Virus record (IMG/VR): IMGVR_UViG_3300025327_000027
Span: 3,314 to 67,313 of that record
Strand: one strand, 5' to 3'
DNA length: 64,000 nt
From: a virus
Shown here one piece after another: positions 27,929 through 36,721 of the stretch. The translations under genes and the position numbers were made by a program. Positions within the stretch are counted from its first letter, which is position 1. Each line of letters opens with the position of its first letter. The notes beneath the pieces were generated by a model. It had not been told where the DNA came from. It ran no database searches and worked only from the letters and a program-made list of their open reading frames with translations.

Positions 27929-28111
27929 ATGTCAGACTTCGTAAACGCTAGCAAGAAGCCTAATCCCAATAAGCCTACATACGTAGGTAAGCTGGCTCCA
28001 TTTTCAGGGCGAGCGCGTAAGGGCTCTATGCGTGCAACTCCAGCAGCAAAAGCAATTCAACATCAGCAGTCGCTAGCTAGCAGGGCTCGACGACATTACA
28101 AGAAGAAGTAA
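27929..28111 (+). CDS. Small very basic protein
   Basis: 60 aa, K/R-rich. Confidence 0.6.
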   Translation: MSDFVNASKKPNPNKPTYVGKLAPFSGRARKGSMRATPAAKAIQHQQSLASRARRHYKKK

Positions 28112-28272
28112 TGCCTTTAGGTAAAAATGTAAGATACAGATGGAAAACTTATCCCTCTGGTGAAAAAGTACGACTGGCATTCAAAGGAAATGCGGTCATC
28201 GAAGTCAAAAAGAAGGGCGGCGTTGCACATGACCTAAGGTCGATGGCAACTGCCCGTATGAAAGGCAAATAA
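28111..28272 (+). CDS. Small basic protein (53 aa, not in the ORF track)
   Basis: MPLGKNVRYRWK...RMKGK; TAATG coupling. Confidence 0.6.
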   Translation: MPLGKNVRYRWKTYPSGEKVRLAFKGNAVIEVKKKGGVAHDLRSMATARMKGK

Positions 28273-28273
28273 T

Positions 28274-28528
28274 ATGAGTTTCGTTCCAACACGCAGTGGC
28301 TACATTAACCCAAAGGCGTCAGGGGGCACTTTACGGCAGACAGCTCAAAAGCTGAAGGTTAGTGGTGCCATCCAACCAAAACCAAAGCCTGTTTCAAAGG
28401 CTCAAAAGAATGCCAACACCTTAGGTCAGGTCATTCGAGGGGTTAATCGGGAAAGGTTGTTTGCCAAGAAGAAGGTGCTTGCCAAGAAGGCAGCCGCTAA
28501 GGACCAACCCATCATGAAACCCATGTAA
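28274..28528 (+). CDS. Small very basic protein
   Basis: 84 aa, K/A-rich (KKKVLAKKAAAK). Confidence 0.65.
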   Translation: MSFVPTRSGYINPKASGGTLRQTAQKLKVSGAIQPKPKPVSKAQKNANTLGQVIRGVNRERLFAKKKVLAKKAAAKDQPIMKPM

Positions 28529-28537
28529 GGAAGTATT

Positions 28538-28792
28538 ATGCCCGATTCACTAATAAAGCCAGTAGGTGGCCTTTCAACTTCAGTACAAGCCCAGGTAGGT
28601 AGCGGTACTTACCAGGTAGGTGATGCTCCAATGAGCCTAAAGCAGAAGGCCAAGGAAGCACAACTCAACATGCGCACTCGCGTAAATGCCAAAGTCCCTC
28701 AGAAGATTTCAAGCTACTCACCCGGCCAGAACGTGCCAGGTAAGCCAAGCATCAAGGGTCGTACATCGTTCTCGGACGAAAGAGGCGATTGA
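28538..28792 (+). CDS. Small basic protein
   Basis: 84 aa, AAGGA RBS. Confidence 0.65.
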   Translation: MPDSLIKPVGGLSTSVQAQVGSGTYQVGDAPMSLKQKAKEAQLNMRTRVNAKVPQKISSYSPGQNVPGKPSIKGRTSFSDERGD

Positions 28793-28830
28793 GTTTTAAT
28801 GTCCAAACGAAATCAAAAAAGGCATTGTAA

Positions 28831-29163
28831 ATGATTGAAGAAGAAGAGACCGACAAGCAGTATACCGACACGGCAGGTCAGGCACAGGAAGTTGCGCCTG
28901 GACCACGAGGTCAGCGTATGATGCAGTTGGGTCTATTGACCAAGATGCAGAAGCGCAAGCCCAAGATGCCGAAGATTGGTATGAACGCTGAAGGTAAGGC
29001 AAACCCTGCTGATGTCGAGAATGCCAAGTTACAGTCTACCCTCGCCCAAAAAGCCATGGATCAGAAGATGGCCATTCTCCAGAAGGGACCTAGCAACCAG
29101 GCCGCTGAACGTGATCCAATGAAGACCAGCCTGTACCGACAGGCACAGATGATGAAACGCTAA
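28831..29163 (+). CDS. Hypothetical M/Q/K-rich protein
   Basis: 110-aa ORF before a terminator. Confidence 0.65.
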   Translation: MIEEEETDKQYTDTAGQAQEVAPGPRGQRMMQLGLLTKMQKRKPKMPKIGMNAEGKANPADVENAKLQSTLAQKAMDQKMAILQKGPSNQAAERDPMKTSLYRQAQMMKR

Positions 29164-29258
29164 CCAAGAAAGGCGATAAGCGGTGCCCGATGGGCATCAA
29201 GCAACTCTCCGTACTAAAAAGCAAGCAGCGCAGCTACACTCCTCCTTCAGCCGCGCTC

Positions 29259-29296
29259 TCCTCGTAAGTAGTTCCCCCTACTTACGAGGATTTTTA
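29259..29296 (+). terminator. Rho-independent terminator
   Basis: TCCTCGTAAGTAG-loop-CTACTTACGAGGA followed by TTTTT. Confidence 0.85.
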
Positions 29297-29332
29297 TCTT
29301 TTAAGGCGGCAGAATTCATGCAAACGTTAGTC

Positions 29333-29348
29333 TAAATAGGGTAAAATA
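29333..29348 (+). promoter_or_regulatory. Promoter motif for the scaffold-capsid operon
   Basis: TAAATAGGGTAAAATA. Confidence 0.75.
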
Positions 29349-29454
29349 TTGATAACAAGAACGTTCTTCTAAGTCCTCTTTTAGAGTTTCGTATCGTTCG
29401 ACGAGTAAAACTAGAAGCATTCGGTTATAACCTCCAAACCGTAAAGGGAGTCAT

Positions 29455-30381
29455 ATGGCGTCAAACATCGAAGAAATCACGGCAAAGCTGACAGATTCAG
29501 CTATGCTAAACTCAGATGAGGCAGAATCGTCAACTGTCGAAAAAGAAACAGTCGCAACTGAAGCAGCCAAGACTGAATCTGGCAAGAAGGGTACAGCCCA
29601 GGATCGCATCCAAGAGCTAGTCGCAGAACGGGAAGCGTTCAAGACCAAGCTTGTAGAGGCGGAAAACAAGCTGTCCCAAAAGGATGGTGAAATCCATAGT
29701 CTCATCGACTCCGTAAAGCAGCGCGAAGGCGCAGCCCGAGTAGTTGACAAGATCAATGCACTTCACTCTCAAGGCAAGTTCAAGGCCGAGATCGAGGCAA
29801 TCGATGCCGCGATTCGAGGCGTAGATCAGGATGCATCACAGATCGCAGCAGCAGCGGAGACAACTCCAAAGGTGCCCGTATCAGGTGATCTTCTTAAGTT
29901 CCAGCAAGAGGCGGCGCGTGACCGAGAGGAAGCGCTGAACGCAATTGCGGCACAAAAGAATGAACTTCTACTCATGAAGTCGCAGCTAGTCGTTGAGAAG
30001 CTATTCGGCAATCTTCCAGACGCAGACTACAATGAACAGGATCGAAAGGTGTTGCAGAACGCCTTGGTAGATCACGTTGATTGGGAAGCAATTGAAAACG
30101 ATCCGAATGCCCTAGAGGCGGAGGTCGCCAAGGGTTTCCAGAGCACCGTATCATGGTATGGTGATCCACGCGGCAAGTTGTCACAAACCAAAACACAAAC
30201 AGATACAGGCGAGTCTCAGCAGACTAAGACACCTGACGTTGTGGACTATTCGAAACTAGAGCTTGGTAAGATCGTCAAGGAAACCAAGGGCAACAAGGAA
30301 ATCTTTCGCCCTGCAATCTCCGACAACGAATTCCAGGCCCTTTTGGCAGATGAACTCAAGCGATCAGGGGCTAAGCGCTAA
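29455..30381 (+). CDS. Capsid scaffolding protein
   Basis: Acidic coiled-coil, AQDRIQELV motif, immediately upstream of the capsid gene. Confidence 0.75.
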   Translation: MASNIEEITAKLTDSAMLNSDEAESSTVEKETVATEAAKTESGKKGTAQDRIQELVAEREAFKTKLVEAENKLSQKDGEIHSLIDSVKQREGAARVVDKINALHSQGKFKAEIEAIDAAIRGVDQDASQIAAAAETTPKVPVSGDLLKFQQEAARDREEALNAIAAQKNELLLMKSQLVVEKLFGNLPDADYNEQDRKVLQNALVDHVDWEAIENDPNALEAEVAKGFQSTVSWYGDPRGKLSQTKTQTDTGESQQTKTPDVVDYSKLELGKIVKETKGNKEIFRPAISDNEFQALLADELKRSGAKR

Positions 30382-30415
30382 GACGATTGTAGCCTCGTAA
30401 CTAGGATTCTTTTCA

Positions 30416-31624
30416 ATGGAAACATTCGCAACATTAGGCGATATGCTCCTTCGACGCTATGTGGTTGACTTCATCGCACAGATGCAGCAACTATCTACGC
30501 CGATCTATTCGCAGCTACGTGAAGACTCACGCTTCACACCAAGCGGCGATGGTGCATACTTCGCAGTACGACTAGACGGTAACGAGGCGGGCGGCGGTTG
30601 GCGCGGCACTGACGACAACACGCTACCTTCTGCCGGCAACGAGCGCATCAAGACGCACCGCGTACGTCCTAAGAAGTACTACCACGTAGTAAGCTTCTCA
30701 GGTCTCGCAGAGAGCGTTTCGCGCCGAGGCGGTGAAGAGGCTTTCGCTTCCGCAATTACTGATGCCATCTCGGCATCAGTCAAGCGCGCAGGTGCAAACT
30801 TCGAAGTAACCTTCCTTCGCGGTGACGGTACTGGTCGTCTGACAAACGTCAGCGGCGGTCAGACGGCAACAACGGTCAACGTAGACGACGCTCGCCCATT
30901 CCGTGTGGGTCAGGTAGTTGTGTTTCTCAACAACACAACTGGCCTGAAGACCGCCGGTCCTGCAACTGTTACAGCACGTTCTGTACCAGGCGCAACGATC
31001 ACTGTTTCGCAGTCGGTCACAGTCTCGGATGACGACGGCATCTACATCTCTGGCGAGCAGTCGGAAGCGGCAGCACCAGCAGAGGTAACAAGCCTCGGCC
31101 TCCCGGCCATCATCAACAACACGGGTACGATCTACAATCTAAGTCGATCAACATACCCAATTCTCCAGTCTCAGGTCATCGCTGCATCGAGCACATCGCT
31201 CGACGAATCGATGCTTAGACGACTCCGCAAGCGCCTGCTAGTGGAAACTGACACGGGTTCGATGGAAGGCTTCGTTTTCATCAGCAACTACGATCAGTTC
31301 GACCGTTACACAGAGCTTGCACTGTCGTTCCGCCGCTTCAATGACATGAAGCTGGAACTTGGCGCGGATCAGGCCATGACTACCTTCGAGGGCCGACCAT
31401 GGCACATCTCGTGGGCAGCAAAGCCTGATGAGGTGTACATGCTTCGCACAAACGCAATTGTTCGCGGCGTGGTTCGCCCACTGTCGATCGATGAGCGCGT
31501 GAACATGGCATGGCAGCCTGGCATGGATTCTTTTACTGTCCTTTTAAAGTATTACGGCGAAAACGTCGCCCGGCTCGTGAACCAAACAGCGAAAATTACG
31601 GGTCTGTCAATTCCTACGTACTAA
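30416..31624 (+). CDS. Major capsid protein
   Basis: 402 aa, GDGTG, GLxAII, IYNLSRSTYP; strong codon bias; followed by a terminator. Confidence 0.85.
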   Translation: METFATLGDMLLRRYVVDFIAQMQQLSTPIYSQLREDSRFTPSGDGAYFAVRLDGNEAGGGWRGTDDNTLPSAGNERIKTHRVRPKKYYHVVSFSGLAESVSRRGGEEAFASAITDAISASVKRAGANFEVTFLRGDGTGRLTNVSGGQTATTVNVDDARPFRVGQVVVFLNNTTGLKTAGPATVTARSVPGATITVSQSVTVSDDDGIYISGEQSEAAAPAEVTSLGLPAIINNTGTIYNLSRSTYPILQSQVIAASSTSLDESMLRRLRKRLLVETDTGSMEGFVFISNYDQFDRYTELALSFRRFNDMKLELGADQAMTTFEGRPWHISWAAKPDEVYMLRTNAIVRGVVRPLSIDERVNMAWQPGMDSFTVLLKYYGENVARLVNQTAKITGLSIPTY

Positions 31625-31685
31625 CGGTCTAACTACTTGATTTTATTGAGAATTTAGGTTCTCACTGCACATCTAAGTAGTCCCG

Positions 31686-31715
31686 GAAAAGCCAATCTTA
31701 GCGGGTTGGCTTTTC
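31686..31715 (+). terminator. Rho-independent terminator after the capsid gene
   Basis: GAAAAGCCAATC-loop-GGTTGGCTTTTC. Confidence 0.75.
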
Positions 31716-31833
31716 AAATGTAAAAATAACAACCTCTAAAATAATAGGATTTATGCTCCCCACGAAGGAATGGCCCTTTAAGTTGAAATAATTGAAAAAA
31801 TAGCGGATATACTATGAAAGAAAGGAGATAGTC

Positions 31834-32742
31834 GTGCGTGGAACCGTTTATGTCATTCAAAATCAAAAAAATAAAAAAATCTATGTCGGGCAAACCAAAT
31901 CGGGTCATCCACAAGAAAGATTTAATCAACATAAACGTTTATCACGAACAGGAAAAGGGAGTATTCTTCATGCTGCAATGCGTAAATACGGTGAAGATTC
32001 CTTTTTATTAATTGAAACTATAGATACTGAGTGGAGCAATCTAAACCCTCTTGAAAAAGAAATAATTCTAAAATATAATTCAATTCAACCTAATGGGTAT
32101 AATATTCTTGCTTGGGGCAGTATATCTAATTTAGATGAAGGCTGGTGGAAGGGTAAAGAACGGGCAGAATCCACTAAACAAAAAATGTCTAAAACTAAAA
32201 AAGAGCAATATGAAAATATGACTGAAGAGGACCAAGAAGCATTAAAGGAACAAGGCCGTCAGGCTTATTTAAATCTACCTGAAGAAACAAAAGAACGAAT
32301 AAGAGAAGAACAATGTTCTTGGTGGTCTAATATGCCAGAAGAAGAAAAGAAAACGTTCATATCAGGTCAGGCTGCTAAACGAGTAGGCCATCTTGTATCC
32401 GAAACTACCAGGAAAAAAATATCCCTCTCTAATAAAGGCCGCATGCCATCAGAATTAGCCGTCCAACGCAGCCGAGAAACCAGGCTAGGCTCCCATCACA
32501 CCGACGAAACGAAAGCCAAGATGTCTGCTGCTAAATTGGGCAAACTCAAATCAGAAGAAACTAAAGCTAATATGACGCTCGCTCAGCGTAATAAAAGGAC
32601 TCCTGAACAAATTGAGCGAGTATTAAAAATCAAAGAAATGTTAACTCAAAATATGAGTCTGAATAGTATTGCCGTCATTGTTGACTGTACGGCAGAATAT
32701 GTTCGAAAGGTGCGAAAAGGTCAACGCGGCAGAGGAATATAA
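31834..32742 (+). CDS. GIY-YIG homing endonuclease with NUMOD3 repeats (Seg-like)
   Basis: VYVI...IYVGQT, ERFxQH, GYN, repeated (H)xxETKxKMS. Confidence 0.9.
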   Translation: MRGTVYVIQNQKNKKIYVGQTKSGHPQERFNQHKRLSRTGKGSILHAAMRKYGEDSFLLIETIDTEWSNLNPLEKEIILKYNSIQPNGYNILAWGSISNLDEGWWKGKERAESTKQKMSKTKKEQYENMTEEDQEALKEQGRQAYLNLPEETKERIREEQCSWWSNMPEEEKKTFISGQAAKRVGHLVSETTRKKISLSNKGRMPSELAVQRSRETRLGSHHTDETKAKMSAAKLGKLKSEETKANMTLAQRNKRTPEQIERVLKIKEMLTQNMSLNSIAVIVDCTAEYVRKVRKGQRGRGI

Positions 32743-32812
32743 GGTTACTCAGACGGTCTTGAAAACCGTCGCCAACCTTCACGGGTTGAGGGTCAAATCT
32801 TCCGCCTTTCGC
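32729..32812 (+). pseudogene. Degenerate tRNA-Ser(UGA)
   Basis: Intact ACGGT-CTTGAAA-ACCGT anticodon arm and long variable arm; T-loop one base short, poor D and acceptor arms; overlaps the GIY-YIG stop. Confidence 0.6.
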
Positions 32813-32837
32813 GGGCTTAGTGCGCATCAAAGAATAT

Positions 32838-32913
32838 TGCGTAGTAGCATAATTGGTAATGTTTCTCCCTGTTAAGGAGCATTATGTAGGTTCGAATCCT
32901 ACCTGCGCAGCCA
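32838..32913 (+). tRNA. trnN: tRNA-Asn(GUU)
   Basis: Full cloverleaf, GTT anticodon, TTCGAAT, encoded CCA. Confidence 0.9.
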
Positions 32914-32963
32914 ATATTGGATTTGTAGTGCCGCACACGGCAAGCTGTGAATCCTTCGTATTT

Positions 32964-33038
32964 GCCCCTCTAGCTCAAATGGTGGAGCAGCGCACTTGTA
33001 ATGCGCGGGAGAGGGTTCGATTCCTTCGAGGGGCACCA
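32964..33038 (+). tRNA. trnT: tRNA-Thr(UGU)
   Basis: GCCCCTC/GAGGGGC acceptor stem, TGT anticodon, TTCGATT, CCA. Confidence 0.93.
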
Positions 33039-33174
33039 TTATATTTGCAGCTTTACTCAATAGAGAGTACTATATAGACAGGTAAACGCCCATTAGTACC
33101 GTAAACGTACAGGGATTCCAACTAAGGGATGAGCCTCGACTAGAGGACTCCTTTTTAACAAAGAGGTAATACAA

Positions 33175-33534
33175 ATGGCACGAACAGTTCAGACTCGATT
33201 CAAGAGTGCTCTCCCAGGTTCAGGTTTTGATTCCAGCGGCTCCGCACGACAAGGAAAACGGCGCGTAGTTGGTCAGATCTCGGTCACCAGCTACACAAGC
33301 GTTGGTGAGTCTCTGACAGCAGCAGATCTTGGTCTTTCAACTATTGACTACATCGCCATCCGCCACAACGACCAGGCAGGCGGTAAGGAAGGTTCAGAAG
33401 CACGATTCGTTGAGTATAACAACTCAACATCTGACTTCTACATCGTCCAGGCAGGCAAGCCAGCAACGGCCGGTTCACACACCCTACAGTTCGAAGCTTT
33501 CGGTGATGCACTCGACGCCCCTGAGTTGACCTAA
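33175..33534 (+). CDS. Probable capsid decoration protein
   Basis: YxxxGESLTAADLGLSTID motif; position after the capsid gene. Confidence 0.65.
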   Translation: MARTVQTRFKSALPGSGFDSSGSARQGKRRVVGQISVTSYTSVGESLTAADLGLSTIDYIAIRHNDQAGGKEGSEARFVEYNNSTSDFYIVQAGKPATAGSHTLQFEAFGDALDAPELT

Positions 33535-33550
33535 GACTCTATAAGATAAA

Positions 33551-33612
33551 CCCCCACCTGGGAGAAACCGGACAATCAATAATCCGGTAGTACTTCAGGT
33601 GGGGATCTTTTC
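33551..33612 (+). terminator. Long hairpin / terminator
   Basis: CCCCACCTG...ACCGGA-loop-TCCGGT...CAGGTGGGG then TCTTTT. Confidence 0.6.
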
Positions 33613-33615
33613 TAT

Positions 33616-33780
33616 ATGCGAAAATACAGAGATTTTACAGGATTCAGATTTAATCAATTAACTGTTATTGGTCTAGAAGGCAGACGTAATGGTCCTTGTA
33701 ATCAAGCAAAGAAATCTATGACCTATAATGAATTTATTGGATATTTAAACAATTTAATGGCATTTAGAAAGGATCTGTAA
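33616..33780 (+). pseudogene. Internally deleted HNH endonuclease remnant (54 aa)
   Basis: DFTGFRFNQLTVI fused directly to GPCNQAKKSMTYNEF; both ends match 34675-35259. Confidence 0.75.
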
Positions 33781-34058
33781 TGAGTATTTGTATTGTCACT
33801 GATTCAGAACTAGAAACCCCCTTTAACGCGGCTCATATTTGCTGGAGCAAGTTCAACTACTATGCTTCCGGAGATACAGTCAACGTGCCCGTCGGTTGCC
33901 AGAGCGCAGCAGTCTTACCCCCAACAGGTGCAACTGCTCCGACCATTTCAATTTCAGCAGGCGCAAGCGAAGACACTCTAACCCTAACGGGTGGAACTCT
34001 TGGCACAGGGCTGCTTTTAGTGTCCCGCCACGGCGGCAACCCAGCCGGCGCGCGGTGA
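33780..34058 (+). CDS. Small structural protein, paralog A
   Basis: YxASGDTVxVPxGCxSAAVL...SRHxGNPAxAR shared with 34098. Confidence 0.75.
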   Translation: MSICIVTDSELETPFNAAHICWSKFNYYASGDTVNVPVGCQSAAVLPPTGATAPTISISAGASEDTLTLTGGTLGTGLLLVSRHGGNPAGAR

Positions 34059-34097
34059 TTCATGTCAAGCAAAAGTATTTTGTAAAGGAAGAAATCA

Positions 34098-34379
34098 ATG
34101 GATAATCCAGTCAACTCACAAGAGATCACATTCTTCAAGGGATACCACTACGTCCTATCTGCTTTCCATTACGGCGCAAGCGGAGACACCGTGAAAGTCC
34201 CACTCGGCTGCCTATCAGCAGCAGTACTTACCCAAACAGGTACAGCACCATCAGCCGTCATCACAGCAGGTTCTCTTGCCGACGGCGTTGATTCCGTTGC
34301 TCTAACAGGCGGCACAGTAAACAACAGCGGTTGCGTGATGGTATCACGACACGCTGGGAATCCGGCATCGGCCCGGTAA
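34098..34379 (+). CDS. Small structural protein, paralog B
   Basis: Same shared motifs as paralog A. Confidence 0.75.
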   Translation: MDNPVNSQEITFFKGYHYVLSAFHYGASGDTVKVPLGCLSAAVLTQTGTAPSAVITAGSLADGVDSVALTGGTVNNSGCVMVSRHAGNPASAR

Positions 34380-34390
34380 CGAGGTAAACA

Positions 34391-34672
34391 ATGGCATTAC
34401 TTGTTCCAACACTACAACAGTTCCTTGATCTTCGAGACGGCACTACCATTGGAATTACCAAGGTGAAGCTTCTTTCAGCAAGTGATACCCTCACAGTTCC
34501 TAAGCCAGCGAACACGACAGCAAATGCTTCCGTATCTGTAGTTCGAAACGCAGGCGAGGCCGCTGTAACAGCAACACAGTCAGCACAGACTGTTACTTTA
34601 GTCGGTACAGCCGGTCAAACAATTACTGTTGTTACACTACACCAGTTCGTCAACAGTGGAGCTGAAGCCTAA
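34391..34672 (+). CDS. Small Thr/Val-rich structural protein
   Basis: 93 aa, GAGG RBS. Confidence 0.7.
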   Translation: MALLVPTLQQFLDLRDGTTIGITKVKLLSASDTLTVPKPANTTANASVSVVRNAGEAAVTATQSAQTVTLVGTAGQTITVVTLHQFVNSGAEA

Positions 34673-34674
34673 AG

Positions 34675-35259
34675 ATGGCTAAACCTCTAAACTTGACAAA
34701 TTCCCGATTTGGTCGATTAGTCGCAAAACGATCAGTAGGTCAAAATAAATATGGAAGTATTTTATGGGAATGTGTTTGTGACTGTAGTGCTTTGGTAATT
34801 AAAAATACCCGAGACTTACGTTCAGGTAATACAAGATCTTGCGGATGTTTAAATGTTGAATTATCCACTCAACGTCTTAAAACAATTGCTGGGTGGAATA
34901 AGTTACCATTAAAAGAGGCTGCACGAAATACCGTTTACCGTCAGTATCAAGCTAATGCAAATTCTAGAAATATAGAATTTTCACTAACAGTTGATGAATT
35001 AGAAAAACTAACCCAACAAAACTGTCATTATTGTACTAAACAACCAAATCAAATTTGTAAAAATTATAATAACGTGGGTGATTATGTATACAATGGTATT
35101 GATCGTGTAAATAATGACATTGGGTATATCTTAAGTAATTGTGTGCCATCCTGTGGTCCCTGTAATCGGGCCAAAGATGCAATGACATATAATGAGTTTA
35201 AGTTGTGGATAAAATCAATCTATAATAATTTGATTCAGGAGATAATATGGCAACAGTAG
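34675..35259 (+). CDS. HNH homing endonuclease
   Basis: RFGRLVA, WECVCDC, SCGC, CHYC, GIDRVNN, CVPSCGPCN. Confidence 0.88.
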   Translation: MAKPLNLTNSRFGRLVAKRSVGQNKYGSILWECVCDCSALVIKNTRDLRSGNTRSCGCLNVELSTQRLKTIAGWNKLPLKEAARNTVYRQYQANANSRNIEFSLTVDELEKLTQQNCHYCTKQPNQICKNYNNVGDYVYNGIDRVNNDIGYILSNCVPSCGPCNRAKDAMTYNEFKLWIKSIYNNLIQEIIWQQ

Positions 35260-35501
35260 GTTTCCAAAAGAAAGCATCCCTAGGTCCGGTACTAGTTGAA
35301 GTAGTACATCTTACATCAGTTACTAACGGTGACTCTTTCACCACAGTGATGCAACGTCCTTCATTCGTTTCAGTAAGCGAAGACGGCACGAGCGCTACCA
35401 CGGTTGCTACTACGGCTTCGGTTTCAGGCCGAACTGTGACATTGGTCAATGCATCAATGAACGGTACACAGTCTGCAACTGTCCTAGTATTCGGCTTTTA
35501 A
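35247..35501 (+). CDS. Small Ser/Thr-rich structural protein
   Basis: 84 aa; AGGAG RBS inside the HNH gene. Confidence 0.7.
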   Translation: MATVGFQKKASLGPVLVEVVHLTSVTNGDSFTTVMQRPSFVSVSEDGTSATTVATTASVSGRTVTLVNASMNGTQSATVLVFGF

Positions 35502-35519
35502 GCCTAAACTAACTCAGTT

Positions 35520-36266
35520 ATGCGGGAGAAGAAGTATCCGTCGAACTCGGAGCGGCTTAAGGCTAACCCAGAAAAGCAAGTAAAGAGCCCTCTCCCTAAA
35601 GATCTAAGACCCAATGGTTTCATAACTCGACAGCTAACGCCAGGGATCGATCTTCCTGCTGGTTTCATTGCTGACATTAGATGTATCGATAGTAATCTGT
35701 TCTTCGTATTTCACAAGTACCGAGTTAATTACGATGATGTTGTAAATCGTTACTACGGTTCATTGGAAGATCCGAGAAATCCGATTGGTGAATTTGCTGG
35801 GAATGAGATTTGGGGCTGGGTACTGACGGATAACACCGGCAAGCCAATTCCCGAAATGCAATGGCACATCTGGAGTCTTAAAAAGGACTTCGGATATTCT
35901 CACGTCGCGAACATCGCGTCACAAAATCCTGACCACCTGAAAAGAATTGTTTACCGCCTAGGTAGGGAGAAGCGGTACAAGGAGCGCTACGGTGCACTTG
36001 AATGGAACAAGCAGATGCGTCGAGATGAAGCAGATCACCAAGCGAAACTGCAAGATCAAAAAGACCAAGAGTACTTCGATATCACCAACGAAAACAAGTG
36101 GCTTTTACGCAAAGCTCAAGAGAATATGGAACGCGGCCAAGTAGCTGCTACCAATCCGACCAAGGAAATCATCACATCATTTCCTGGTCAGACCAATCGA
36201 ACCAAGATCGTTAGACCCCTTACAGACAAAGAGGGCGGGTTAGTTACTGGATCTGATTGTGACTAG
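35520..36266 (+). CDS. Hypothetical protein in the head-completion region
   Basis: 248-aa ORF. Confidence 0.7.
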   Translation: MREKKYPSNSERLKANPEKQVKSPLPKDLRPNGFITRQLTPGIDLPAGFIADIRCIDSNLFFVFHKYRVNYDDVVNRYYGSLEDPRNPIGEFAGNEIWGWVLTDNTGKPIPEMQWHIWSLKKDFGYSHVANIASQNPDHLKRIVYRLGREKRYKERYGALEWNKQMRRDEADHQAKLQDQKDQEYFDITNENKWLLRKAQENMERGQVAATNPTKEIITSFPGQTNRTKIVRPLTDKEGGLVTGSDCD

Positions 36267-36271
36267 TAATC

Positions 36272-36721
36272 ATGCTATGCTCGAAGTGTAAACAGGACAA
36301 GCCAAAGACAGATTTTTATAGTAATCAGTCTAGAGTGACTGGTTTATCCCATTATTGCAAATCCTGTACTAGCGCAAGAGATAAATCTTACTACAATCGC
36401 AATAGCGTTGTCATCAAGCACAAGGAAATCGCTAGGGGAGCTGGTATCACCGTAGACCAGTATATTAATCTTAAGGCTACCTACGGAGACAGTTGCAATA
36501 TCTGTGGCGTCACGACGAATGTTAATGATATAGCACTCGCATATGATCATAACCATACAACAGATAAGTTTAGAGGCTTTCCTTGCACAAACTGCAACAA
36601 GGGCATTGGTCACTTCAAAGACGATCCTGATTTACTAAGGAAAGCCATTAAATATCTTCAACGAGGGGATACATGGCAAAAAGCCTTGGCGAATTCAGAA
36701 CAGCCATTAGACGTTATCTAA
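36272..36721 (+). CDS. Endonuclease VII-family homing endonuclease
   Basis: CSKCxxxK, CNIC, DHNHxTxxxRGxxCxxCN. Confidence 0.85.
   Translation: MLCSKCKQDKPKTDFYSNQSRVTGLSHYCKSCTSARDKSYYNRNSVVIKHKEIARGAGITVDQYINLKATYGDSCNICGVTTNVNDIALAYDHNHTTDKFRGFPCTNCNKGIGHFKDDPDLLRKAIKYLQRGDTWQKALANSEQPLDVI

Noticed and set aside
31625-32742. Group I intron around the GIY-YIG gene
   Set aside because: The capsid gene ends normally with a terminator; no interrupted exon pair or recognisable intron core was seen.
32918-32955. Additional tRNA between Asn and Thr
   Set aside because: Only a single hairpin; no T-loop or cloverleaf.
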